From contig OY969585.1 in the NCBI GenBank assembly GCA_963701295.1, positions 2,720,001-2,784,000 of the forward strand: DNA of 64,000 bases, given 5' to 3'. This stretch comes from Ignavibacteriota bacterium. GTDB taxonomy: Bacteria; Bacteroidota; Ignavibacteria; UBA10030. The notes below the pieces were generated by a model. That model searched no databases and was not told the DNA's origin. It worked only from the letters and a program-made list of their open reading frames with translations. Below are positions 50,082-63,104 of the stretch, piece after piece. Positions within the stretch are counted from its first letter, which is position 1. Each line of letters begins with the position of its first letter. Both the position numbers and the translations under genes were made by a program.

Positions 50082-51716
50082 TTATCGTATAATCAATGTT
50101 GTATGAAGTACGACTGGAACGGCGCCGATGCGAGGCCCGCCCCAATCAGTTTCGTCGCCATTACGAATACGTAAAAGCTTGAATGTTCCATTTTCATACT
50201 TGCCTTCTTCAACTTTCAAGTATTGCCAGGCTTTTCCAGCATTGGCTCCAAGAGGTTGAAAGGTAAAATGGCAATGTGTTCCTGCCATGAGAAACTCGTT
50301 TTCACCTAGTTGTACTATCATGGCTTTGCCGATCGGACGGGCATTTGTTTTTATTTCGCGCCAGGATGACATACCGAATTTTACTATGGCCTGCCATGAG
50401 CCAAGATCTATTGTCTGTTCAGCATGATCCTCACGCTCTACAACAGATTTGATCTTACCTTCAAAACTCCATTGTGCTAATTCTCTCATCATAGGAGTTG
50501 CCATGGCGTATTCCTGTGCAAGAGGAGCGAGCCGGGCTTCGGTTTCAGCTTTTGCTTCCCCGCGACCATTATCGTCGATTCCAAATGGTGAAAAGCCTAT
50601 TCCACCATGTGCAAGAACCGAATACAAGTATCTCGTGTATTCTTCGTTTGAACCTATCTCAGGCACGAATAGCGGATTGTCCGGACGATCATAGAGCTCA
50701 ATCACCTTGAGTGCCTTTTCGCTTTCAGGCATATATATATCCGGAGCCAATAAGTCGATGGCTGGTGCTGCCGCTTTCCAAATTGGAATTATATTGTCCG
50801 TCGCACCACCGCTTTCATACGTTGATGCACTAGGGTTACTAATCGGGTCGCGTAGTGCAGCGTTTACGTACAGTGGTAATAGATTCACTGCTTTACCCTC
50901 CGCTGCAATGTAACCAATGTAATGCGCAACCGACCATGCATGGAAATATTCATCAGCATCATTTCCGAATACTTGCTTCCATGTCCCTTTGGCAACGACA
51001 GATTTCTTCAAAGCTTTTAGTATCTCCGGCTTGAGCAGTTCTTCAGGTACCTTTCCTTCGAATAGTTTTTGTGCTTCTTTGGAAAAATCGCGGACACTGT
51101 TCCATGCACCGGGTTCGTTTTCAACCTGAACCATAAGTACCGTGTGCTGTGGATCGGCATCCTTCAAATATTTCATGACTGCTGTGAATGCCTTGGCATC
51201 AGCTTCCATCGCAGCTTGCGTATGTGGCGAGGGCGAATCGACTGGCTGCCCGTTTTTTCCTGTGATATTTGGATACTTCAAAGCATCACGCTTCATCCAT
51301 TCTGGCATGTAATGATTGCTGCCGTTTTTCCATGTGGCAAACCATAAAATCACAAGATGAACATTGTGTTCACGTGCTTGGACGAGCAAAGTATCTACCA
51401 GCGAAAAATCAAACTTCCCTGGTTGCACTTCAATCTGTTCCCAGTAAATAGGCACTTCGAGCGTGTTAGCGTGTATCGTTTCAATTGCCAACCATAGTTG
51501 TGGTAACATGCCTGGCCAACCACTGGAATTGTGTGCCTGTCCACCAAGCATTAGAAACGGTTGCCCATCCACCAGAAGAGCATGACGGCCATTTTTTTCA
51601 ATAATCTGCGGCATCGTTCCAATACTGGTTTGGCTCCAGATAATTCCAAATGTCGATAAAGTAATTAAAAACCACGCACCGACTATTCGTCTCATTTTCA
51701 TTATTGCGTTCTTCAT
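50082..51716 (-). CDS. GH35 beta-galactosidase-like protein with DUF5597 C-terminus
   Basis: VDGQPFLMLGG..HNSS, WF.TWKNG, MVQVENE, APDIY, LFVPE, NGDE. Confidence 0.88.
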   Translation of the reverse strand: MKNAIMKMRRIVGAWFLITLSTFGIIWSQTSIGTMPQIIEKNGRHALLVDGQPFLMLGGQAHNSSGWPGMLPQLWLAIETIHANTLEVPIYWEQIEVQPGKFDFSLVDTLLVQAREHNVHLVILWFATWKNGSNHYMPEWMKRDALKYPNITGKNGQPVDSPSPHTQAAMEADAKAFTAVMKYLKDADPQHTVLMVQVENEPGAWNSVRDFSKEAQKLFEGKVPEELLKPEILKALKKSVVAKGTWKQVFGNDADEYFHAWSVAHYIGYIAAEGKAVNLLPLYVNAALRDPISNPSASTYESGGATDNIIPIWKAAAPAIDLLAPDIYMPESEKALKVIELYDRPDNPLFVPEIGSNEEYTRYLYSVLAHGGIGFSPFGIDDNGRGEAKAETEARLAPLAQEYAMATPMMRELAQWSFEGKIKSVVEREDHAEQTIDLGSWQAIVKFGMSSWREIKTNARPIGKAMIVQLGENEFLMAGTHCHFTFQPLGANAGKAWQYLKVEEGKYENGTFKLLRIRNGDETDWGGPRIGAVPVVLHTTLIIR

Positions 51717-51752
51717 ATTAATATCTTTCAAATTGTTATGACTGGTCTGTAT

Positions 51753-54164
51753 TTATTTAACTTGTAGTACTCCGGTTGTCAATTCTGGTGCAATAGCCGT
51801 AAGTTGAATTTTGCCTGTTGGTGAAGTCCGTTTTACCGTAACAAGAAGACTTCCCTGATAAGCATTGCGTGTATTGGTCTTATACGGACCAATATAGTCA
51901 AGTTCACCGTTGTCGATGCCGATAAGTTGACCTGCACCTTCAACCTGTATAGTGATCGCATTAGTTGCATCAATCACTTTTAAACCGGCTTCGTCAGTCA
52001 CATTTATTTCGTATAAGAGGATATCACTAGTAGTAAGCAATTGCAGTGAAGCGATCTGGAGTTTCGTTGCCGGGCCAGTGGTGAGCAATTTTGAAGAGGC
52101 AACCTGTTGACCTTTAATATATCCGGCCGCTTTGAGTTCGCCCGGGATATAGCCTACATTCCAGTCGCATGAGTAAGCATCACGAGATACGCGCTTTCGT
52201 CCAAGCGAATGATCATTGAGAAATAATTCCACTTCATCGCAATTGGTTGCAGCGCGAACTGTGATCTCTGCTTTTTCCAGCCAGTTCCATTTGAGCGATG
52301 CAGGTGTTGAATACCATGTGTGTTTGGGTTTATCACCTGTCAGTACAAAAATCTGCACCACCGGGTCGTCGCGCCAGTATGCTGCTCGTTGATAGAAACT
52401 GGGTTTCTTTCCGCCAGCAAGGTCCAGAAAACCGGAATTGTTTCCACGGCTTGGCAAACTTCCTGTCTCTCCGAGATAGTCAATGCCTGTCCAAATAAAA
52501 TCACCGATAACATAATTATTATCGCGAACACCGAGCCAGTAATGGATTTGATCACTGGTTTCAGTTCCCAGGAAGAGACGGTGAGGAAAACGTCTATGAT
52601 CGGGTACGTAGGTGCTGTCGCCATAAAGGCGGTCAATATAATTGTAACCGGCGATATCAAGTTGATCCATAAAACCGTTGCGAGAAGAAACGAATGACTG
52701 GTCGCATGCAGAAGTTGCCAGTCGTGATGGATCTTCTTCATGACAGATGTCAATTAGTTTTTTTGAAAGTTTCCAACCATCATCATTGAATTGATCAGGT
52801 ACTTCGTTACCGATACTGTAGAGGATTACACATGGATGATTTCGATCGCGTCGCAACATAGAGCGGAGATCGGCTTCAGACCACTGGTTAAAATAAAGAT
52901 GATAACCAAATTTCGCCTTGCCGCGCGGATTTTCAGAGAAGTTATATGGCCAGTCGCGCGTCCACTCGTCGAAGGCTTCATCAAAAACATAAATACCAAG
53001 TTGATCGCAAAGATCGTAAAATTCTGGTGCAAACGGATGATGACTTGTACGAATGGCATTGCAGCCCATTTCCTTTAACAGACCAAGGCGATAAGCCCAA
53101 ATTGCTTTGGGTACTGCATTACCGAATGACCCTCCATCCTGATGTAAACAAACGCCCTTGAGTTTGGTGGACTTGCCGTTAACAAAAAGTCCGTGATCGG
53201 GAATGAATTCGAGTTTACGAATTCCAAATGTTGTAGTGGTTTCGTCAAGTGTGCGTCCATCCAGTATCAAGGTGCTACGCAATTGGTAGAGGTTAGGAAT
53301 ACCGTCAGACCAAAGGCGAGGGTTCGGAATAGAAATTTGTTGAGTAGCATGTTGACCAGGATGCATGCTTTGGAATGCTAGTTTTGATTCAGCAGATGCA
53401 ACAATTTTGCCATCCAAAGTCAACACGCAACTTCGCAATGTGATATCCTTAGTTTGAGGTTTAACTTTCCAAGGATCTTTTACCCATGCTTGCTGTTCCT
53501 GTTCAGTAAAGAAATTTGGATCTATAATGTAATCTGTTTTGACAATAGCTTTCTCTGCTGAAATCTCGGGCGTTGAGATGCTGATACCGCCATCGAGATG
53601 AAAATGAGTATATCCTGTGGCAATTAAACGTACATGCCTATAAATGCCGGATCCAGCATACCAGCGTAACGAAGGTTCAGCCGAATCATCGACACGAACC
53701 GCAATGACATTGGGCGAGCCATCTTTATTAATGTACTCGGTAATATCATAACGAAAGCCGATAAAACCGTAGGGCCTGCGACCGAGAAATTGGCCGTTAA
53801 TCCAGACTTCGCTATTCATGTAAATCCCGTCGAACTCAATAACAACTTTTTTAAGAGTGTCGGGAGATGTAAAACTTTTTCGGTACCATCCGATGCCATG
53901 AGTAAAGTATCCACCGTTATTCTCGCCAGAGGGAGGCGGATTGACGGGACTTTCGATACTCCAATCGTGCGGAAGATTCAAGATACGCCAGCGAGTATCA
54001 TCGAAGTTGGGCTGTTTAGCAGCCGGATCATCGCCTAGCCAGAAACGCCATCCTTCATCAAATGGAATAATCTCTCGTCCTGCCTTACTTTCTGAAAATG
54101 TGGAGTCAGCGGCAGCAAGAATCTGAATTAAAACAAGATTGAGAATTAATAAGTATTTTTTCAT
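51753..54164 (-). CDS. GH2 beta-galactosidase-like glycoside hydrolase
   Basis: LPHDWSIE, RWYAGSGIYR, KGVCLH, NAIRTSH, DRNHP, SIGNE, GTE. Confidence 0.93.
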   Translation of the reverse strand: MKKYLLILNLVLIQILAAADSTFSESKAGREIIPFDEGWRFWLGDDPAAKQPNFDDTRWRILNLPHDWSIESPVNPPPSGENNGGYFTHGIGWYRKSFTSPDTLKKVVIEFDGIYMNSEVWINGQFLGRRPYGFIGFRYDITEYINKDGSPNVIAVRVDDSAEPSLRWYAGSGIYRHVRLIATGYTHFHLDGGISISTPEISAEKAIVKTDYIIDPNFFTEQEQQAWVKDPWKVKPQTKDITLRSCVLTLDGKIVASAESKLAFQSMHPGQHATQQISIPNPRLWSDGIPNLYQLRSTLILDGRTLDETTTTFGIRKLEFIPDHGLFVNGKSTKLKGVCLHQDGGSFGNAVPKAIWAYRLGLLKEMGCNAIRTSHHPFAPEFYDLCDQLGIYVFDEAFDEWTRDWPYNFSENPRGKAKFGYHLYFNQWSEADLRSMLRRDRNHPCVILYSIGNEVPDQFNDDGWKLSKKLIDICHEEDPSRLATSACDQSFVSSRNGFMDQLDIAGYNYIDRLYGDSTYVPDHRRFPHRLFLGTETSDQIHYWLGVRDNNYVIGDFIWTGIDYLGETGSLPSRGNNSGFLDLAGGKKPSFYQRAAYWRDDPVVQIFVLTGDKPKHTWYSTPASLKWNWLEKAEITVRAATNCDEVELFLNDHSLGRKRVSRDAYSCDWNVGYIPGELKAAGYIKGQQVASSKLLTTGPATKLQIASLQLLTTSDILLYEINVTDEAGLKVIDATNAITIQVEGAGQLIGIDNGELDYIGPYKTNTRNAYQGSLLVTVKRTSPTGKIQLTAIAPELTTGVLQVK

Positions 54165-54192
54165 TTGCTAAAATTTTATTTAAACGTATTTA

Positions 54193-56061
54193 TTATTCGA
54201 ATCTGTACACATTGTATGTTCGAGGTTGTTGCAACACTTCAAAAACAGTTGTTGCTCCATTCACATAGCCGTACAACTCTTGACCTGAAATAACATCGAA
54301 TAGTTTTGCGCCGGCTTTTTTAATCACGATGTTGTATCTTGCCGGGTAGGGTTGATATGACTGGGCAATGAATGTGTTATTGTTGTATGCGAACAGACAT
54401 ATCTGGCTTGGACTGTCAAGATAAACAGGAATTTCATCCATCATAACTCTTCTGATCTGAGAAAGCACTTCCTTGGGGAGATGGTACAGATCATCAAAAC
54501 TTTCAGGTATTGTAAGAATATATAATTTGCCTTTTTTCAATCCTCTGACTTGAATGAGCATGGAATAGCGGTTATTGCCCTTGTAAATTGCTTGAATAAT
54601 ATCTTCAGAAGTTACCAGTCCGTACGCCAACTCCGGAATAAGAATTTCGGTATCAGAGAAGTAGATGTTCGCAGGCTCTTCATCCATGAATCGACGAAAA
54701 GTAAATTGGTTTACCAATGCTTTCCGTCCTGTGTACTCAACCTCTATAATTTTCTCAATCCCTTTTCCTTGTAACGCCTTAAGGAGTCCTGTAGTAATGA
54801 TGATCGTTTTGTCTTCGTTGAGATGATTCACAATCTTATTAACGATATTAGGATCAAACTTCGCATGTTCGGTAAGAAATATTGTCCCGCGGTCGTCTGG
54901 AAAATCGGGATACAAATCCATAGGTATACCAACCATTCCAACGTAGTTATGAATGTACATTTCACCCGAAGAATGATACGGTTTATAAGCAGCGACACCG
55001 TATGGTTCTCCGAGTTTTCCAAGAAAAGCATCCAATTTATCGAATGTATACCCGGCGACCTCAGCAATAGGACTAAGCATTTTTGTTTTTCCATCAGGGT
55101 AATTTATTGTCTCGACTAAACTTCCGTAGCTCCAATGGATGATTGCCTTTGGCTTGGCAAATAAAGTGTTCTCAAGTTGTTCCGTATACCGGTTCAGCGT
55201 CTGACGCGCTCCGACATCGACCCAGCCGCCGCCAAATTTACCGGGTTTAATGTGTTCGAAGTATCGCATGATACCATAGCTTTGATACTGTTGAAGGTAT
55301 TGCGTTGTGTTTTCCGGATCCCGTGTTTCAGTGCCGGCCCAGATTTCATCGAACACTTTGGGTTGCGATTCAAGGTTGTATCCGCAGAACTGATATTGTT
55401 CATACCAATTGGGTGGTTTGAAAATGAGATGGATCTTCGGATTAACACTCCGGGCATTTTTGACGACAAGGTCTTCTCCGACCTCCTTCATAACTTTCAG
55501 ACGATATTCTTCCCACGTCATGTTTCCTTTTGCCTTTTGGCACAAATCGCATCGGCAGTTGAAAATGAACAGGTCGTCGAAAATAATTTCATCGAAAAGG
55601 GAAGCAGTATACGTTAAAATTTTTCGGAATTTTTCCCGGTCAATAGGATTCGAGTAGCAGAACCCGTTGAGACGATCACCGGGAGGACCGGCAACTGACG
55701 CCATAATACCGCCTGATACCTTGACGCCTTTGCCGGTGAAGAAAATTTTAAGTTTCTTGACATCTGCTTCTGGCAGTGTTTCATTATCCCTGTATGTCTC
55801 AACATACACTTTCTCAATCTTGATGGAACGCGTGATGAGGTTCCAACTCTCTTCAAGCCATTGAGGATCAGCTATCATTTTTTGCTCATCCTGAATGCAG
55901 CAAAATACCTCGACGTTGAAGTTCCGATAGCTTGTTGAATCTCCTTTCGCTTCTATTTTTTCTTGTGCGAAAGCTAACATAACTGCATGTGTAAGGATCA
56001 GAATAATAAGGACAGAGAATCTAATTTCTCTCCCAAAATTTGTAAGCTTTATGTTGAGCAT
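54193..56061 (-). CDS. Secreted uncharacterised protein, predicted glycoside-hydrolase-like
   Basis: Signal-like hydrophobic stretch; FDEIIFDD, CRCDLC, PNWYE, GTETRD; embedded among CAZymes; start uncertain. Confidence 0.6.
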   Translation of the reverse strand: MLNIKLTNFGREIRFSVLIILILTHAVMLAFAQEKIEAKGDSTSYRNFNVEVFCCIQDEQKMIADPQWLEESWNLITRSIKIEKVYVETYRDNETLPEADVKKLKIFFTGKGVKVSGGIMASVAGPPGDRLNGFCYSNPIDREKFRKILTYTASLFDEIIFDDLFIFNCRCDLCQKAKGNMTWEEYRLKVMKEVGEDLVVKNARSVNPKIHLIFKPPNWYEQYQFCGYNLESQPKVFDEIWAGTETRDPENTTQYLQQYQSYGIMRYFEHIKPGKFGGGWVDVGARQTLNRYTEQLENTLFAKPKAIIHWSYGSLVETINYPDGKTKMLSPIAEVAGYTFDKLDAFLGKLGEPYGVAAYKPYHSSGEMYIHNYVGMVGIPMDLYPDFPDDRGTIFLTEHAKFDPNIVNKIVNHLNEDKTIIITTGLLKALQGKGIEKIIEVEYTGRKALVNQFTFRRFMDEEPANIYFSDTEILIPELAYGLVTSEDIIQAIYKGNNRYSMLIQVRGLKKGKLYILTIPESFDDLYHLPKEVLSQIRRVMMDEIPVYLDSPSQICLFAYNNNTFIAQSYQPYPARYNIVIKKAGAKLFDVISGQELYGYVNGATTVFEVLQQPRTYNVYRFE

Positions 56062-56128
56062 GTTTCTATCCCTTAAATGGTTTATTCTAAAGGTATTGTA
56101 AAAACTATTTTTAGAAGACAAGCGTCTC

Positions 56129-58246
56129 CTATTTTTTAACCAGTTTATATATTGGAAAAACTTTTTCTGAATACGTAGTCGGACTTGGATGATTTTCTTT
56201 AATAAGGTTGATCATGAGATTATCGAAAAGTGCAACATTACTTGTTCTATCTTTACTGCCAGTAACGAGACCAACCATACCTTCTGAAAACGTAGAGTCA
56301 GTAACGGTGATTACCTGTTTTTTATTTACAAAACCAGTGATGGTCGTTCCTGAAAATCTGAGTGTAAGAGTGTTCCATCGATTCGCTGCAATATTGGCGG
56401 CTTTGCCTGTTGATAAAAGAGTGCCCATTTCAGCTTTTTCATCCTGCTTGGAAACGTACAACGAGCATGTACCATCTGCGGACATATTCATATAATACCC
56501 ATTTGGCTTGCATCCATATCCGGTTCCTGTACCGATGACACGGCCCATTACGCCGGCCCAGCCTTCTTTATTGAGATACACATCTGTACTGACTTCATAG
56601 TCTTTCCAATATCGATCTCCAAGAATTGTATACGGCATCCATTCAGGTGCCCAGCTTTGCGCGCCTGCTTCAACAACCTGGCGCAAACATTTACCTTTAT
56701 GATCTGGTCGATCTGCAATTTCGAATATCCCTGCTATATCCGCAGTATAGTGAGGCAAGTATCCCCAAGACTTTGCATCTGTATATTCATCAAATGTTTC
56801 ATAATAAGGGAATGGGAATGGTTTGGAAGAGGGAATAGCTACAAACGATCCCTTCTGCTGTCCTGTGGTTGTAGAGAGTGAGTAAATAGATTGAGGTTCT
56901 AAAGTAATTTCAAATTTGCCATTTACAGGAGTAATGTCTTCCAACTTGACAAACTGCTCTTGACCATTGCTTCGCCACAAACAAAGTTTACCGGCAGAGA
57001 GTCCGCCGCTGATTGCGAAGGAAATATTCTGATTAGCCTTAGCATCCTTTGTTTCAATAATAATACTGTAATCAGTCCCCGGCGATTTTAATGTTACATA
57101 GGTTCCTTCCCCAGCGAGTTTACCGCAAGCCCCGTTTACATATTGCCAACCTGGTTGGCAGAACTGTCCATAATGCGCATATCCCCAAAGCACCTCGCGG
57201 GTATAATAATTTCCGCTCCAGGGTTCACGTGCGATCATAATGGCAGGATCTTCCGGAAATGGTTCGATGCTGTAAGTTGAAGCAACAAGGAACCAATTCA
57301 CAATCATGGTAGCGCCGCTTTCAATGAAGTTTTTATTAAATGATTCCACCATACTTATTTCGCAGTCAAACCCTTTCATATAAATATGTTCTTCCGAATT
57401 CCAAATAGGTTTGCCCAATTCTTCGCTCAGTTTTATTATATCCGGAGGTGTAGGCAGCTCATTCATCGTATGCGCGCTCATGATATCCACTGCAGCTTTT
57501 AAAACCGAATCGGTTCTCATGTCTTTGCACCACTCGAATTTTTTATCTCCCCAATTATCAAAAGCATGGATTTTAACTTTTGATAGGCCATTCTTTTTAA
57601 GTGTAGACCTGAACATTTTTACAAAATCTTCATTCACACCTTTTTCATTTCGGCAGCCAATGGCGTCCAAATCGAGACCATAAACATTTTTCAACCCTTT
57701 GATCCAAGAGGCATAATAATCGCACATGTCCTGCGACCAGAAATTATTATTGCCTATCCACTTAGGGCAGCCCCAGGCATTGGCATCGAGCATAATGGCT
57801 GGATTTCGTTTTCTGGCCTCGCTCATGATCCACCATTCATAACCCCTGCTGTAGTTCAAATCGTTTCTGGAATGCATGTGACTTGGCTCCGAACCCTGAG
57901 TTGAATTACCATCTCCGGGAACTTCGACCAACAATGCTGAGATGGAAGCTCCAAACTTGGGTTTGAACAGTAAATCCAATATCTGACTTCGTTGAGGCTC
58001 CGGATAATCTTTTAATAAAGCCGACGTAGCTCCACCGCCGCTTACGGCACCAATTCCATCAAATCGTTTGCCGCCGGCTTTTCCGTCGATATTGACAGTT
58101 TGACTGTTTAATGTGGCCACAAAAAAGTCCAACAGAATGAAACAGCAGGTTGAGCGCAAAGTTATATCAAAGTATGAAGATTTGAAAAATAATTTTATTG
58201 ATCTCATCAATGCATCTGTTTTGATTAATGATAGAAGACGTTTCAT
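56129..58246 (-). CDS. GH59 galactocerebrosidase-like beta-galactosidase with C-terminal lectin-like domain
   Basis: FDGIGAVSGGGATS.LL.DYPEP.RSQILD.LFKP.FGA, RGYEWW, RNE, WNSE. Confidence 0.92.
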   Translation of the reverse strand: MKRLLSLIKTDALMRSIKLFFKSSYFDITLRSTCCFILLDFFVATLNSQTVNIDGKAGGKRFDGIGAVSGGGATSALLKDYPEPQRSQILDLLFKPKFGASISALLVEVPGDGNSTQGSEPSHMHSRNDLNYSRGYEWWIMSEARKRNPAIMLDANAWGCPKWIGNNNFWSQDMCDYYASWIKGLKNVYGLDLDAIGCRNEKGVNEDFVKMFRSTLKKNGLSKVKIHAFDNWGDKKFEWCKDMRTDSVLKAAVDIMSAHTMNELPTPPDIIKLSEELGKPIWNSEEHIYMKGFDCEISMVESFNKNFIESGATMIVNWFLVASTYSIEPFPEDPAIMIAREPWSGNYYTREVLWGYAHYGQFCQPGWQYVNGACGKLAGEGTYVTLKSPGTDYSIIIETKDAKANQNISFAISGGLSAGKLCLWRSNGQEQFVKLEDITPVNGKFEITLEPQSIYSLSTTTGQQKGSFVAIPSSKPFPFPYYETFDEYTDAKSWGYLPHYTADIAGIFEIADRPDHKGKCLRQVVEAGAQSWAPEWMPYTILGDRYWKDYEVSTDVYLNKEGWAGVMGRVIGTGTGYGCKPNGYYMNMSADGTCSLYVSKQDEKAEMGTLLSTGKAANIAANRWNTLTLRFSGTTITGFVNKKQVITVTDSTFSEGMVGLVTGSKDRTSNVALFDNLMINLIKENHPSPTTYSEKVFPIYKLVKK

Positions 58247-59784
58247 TTAAGTTCTTTCTGCTTTATGGTATTCAATTTTACATCTTCAATGCCGGCACTT
58301 TGAAGAATACTGAAATTATTAACATTCTTGAGAATAATAGCTTTTGAATTCTCCGTGCGTTGAATCGTTACATTTTGCAGATCAACACCGTCAACATCAT
58401 CAAATATCAATCCGGGGCGATCATCAGGTGCTAACAATTTAAACTCAATATCATGTATTTTAATATCTTTTGCATGTCGAACAAATAGACCGTAAGCCGG
58501 TGCTTTGCCGAACATTCCGGGTTCAGGATAACTATTTGGATTTTCTGGGACATCCCTTTCAGCTTGTTCTTTTGTGCCTTCCCCTTTATAATAAATCCGG
58601 ATGTTACTCAAATGAATACCTTCGATAGGATGACCCGGCAATCCAGAAATCGTGCAAGCAAATGATGAATCCGCTCTGTAAACAATCACATTGCTAATAT
58701 TGATTCTTCTGAGTGTACCAACAGGCACTCCGTCCGGTCCGCGCAACCTTGCTCCAAGCCGTAGAAAGATGGGATCATTCACAATATCTCTCATCGTGAT
58801 ATTTGTGATGGTGACATCTTCCAGAGTCCCTCCATCGACTGTTTCTAACGCAAACCCTCTGCAATAATCAAACACACAATTGGAAATCGTAATATTTTTA
58901 AATCCACCGTTGGATTCTGTACCGAATTTAATTCTTCCGGTCGGATGATAACCGTATTCAGGATTATTCGAACGTCCGTACGTTCCATCCAACAAAGTGC
59001 CTTCATCATAACCGCTTAACTGGCAATTTGTGATCGTGACATTTTCAGTAGCACGGGCAAACCCTAAAGCGAAGGTGCTTTTCAAACAAATGCCATCGTC
59101 AAACGGAGAATTGACTGTGCAATTCGTGACGCGAACATTCCGGCAGCAATCTATGTCTATACCGTCACGATTCGTGTCTATTTTTAAATTGTCGATCGTC
59201 AAATTATCTATCCCTGTTGCAAGTATTGCAAACCAACCTCCGTGAATAATCGTCACATCGCGCAGAATGACATTACGGCATCGGTATAGACTAATGGCCT
59301 TGTTCGCGTTTTGTTTCGAACCTTTTACCCAATCCTTATAAAGATTTTTTCCATTGATCCAACCGGCTCCTATGAGAGAGACATTTTGAATGTCGTAACC
59401 CCAGATGAGACTGCTTTTCCAGTGACTGTGCCCGGAATCCTGATATTTCACGCTGATGCTTTCTTCTTCATCATCATAACCGTTTTCGGTACTTACAGGT
59501 GCAGCGATGATCGTAGCGCCTTGATCGATGTATAACGTGATGTCGCTTTTCAGGCGTATGGATCCGCTTAAATAATTTCCGGCGGGAATATAAACAGTGC
59601 CTCCACCGGCATGCGAAGCGGTGTCGATAGCTGCATTTATTGCTTTGCTGTCGAGGTTTTTTCCATCGCCAAGTGCTCCATAATTTTTCACATTAAAAAA
59701 AGCAGATCCTTCGCTTGCAAAGCATGAAATTGAAGGCAGTACAACAACGGAAAAGAAAAGTAATGACCAACCTGATTTTTTCAT
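58243..59784 (-). CDS. GH28 pectin-lyase-fold glycoside hydrolase
   Basis: FNVKNYGA.GDG, YLSGSI.LKS, NRDGIDID, DDGICLK, RIKFGTESNGGF. Confidence 0.9.
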   Translation of the reverse strand: MKKSGWSLLFFSVVVLPSISCFASEGSAFFNVKNYGALGDGKNLDSKAINAAIDTASHAGGGTVYIPAGNYLSGSIRLKSDITLYIDQGATIIAAPVSTENGYDDEEESISVKYQDSGHSHWKSSLIWGYDIQNVSLIGAGWINGKNLYKDWVKGSKQNANKAISLYRCRNVILRDVTIIHGGWFAILATGIDNLTIDNLKIDTNRDGIDIDCCRNVRVTNCTVNSPFDDGICLKSTFALGFARATENVTITNCQLSGYDEGTLLDGTYGRSNNPEYGYHPTGRIKFGTESNGGFKNITISNCVFDYCRGFALETVDGGTLEDVTITNITMRDIVNDPIFLRLGARLRGPDGVPVGTLRRINISNVIVYRADSSFACTISGLPGHPIEGIHLSNIRIYYKGEGTKEQAERDVPENPNSYPEPGMFGKAPAYGLFVRHAKDIKIHDIEFKLLAPDDRPGLIFDDVDGVDLQNVTIQRTENSKAIILKNVNNFSILQSAGIEDVKLNTIKQKELK

Positions 59785-59852
59785 GTATTGGCTTTCATGC
59801 AATCATTTAAATGATAAAAGAATTATGTGTTTTCATCTTTAGCTGTTTGTTT

Positions 59853-63035
<3,183 letters not shown>

Positions 63036-63104
63036 CTAATAAATGATGTGCTAATTCTTAACAACCAAATCTATAAGAAAAGAGAAGAAAGAATTTAGAA
63101 AGTC

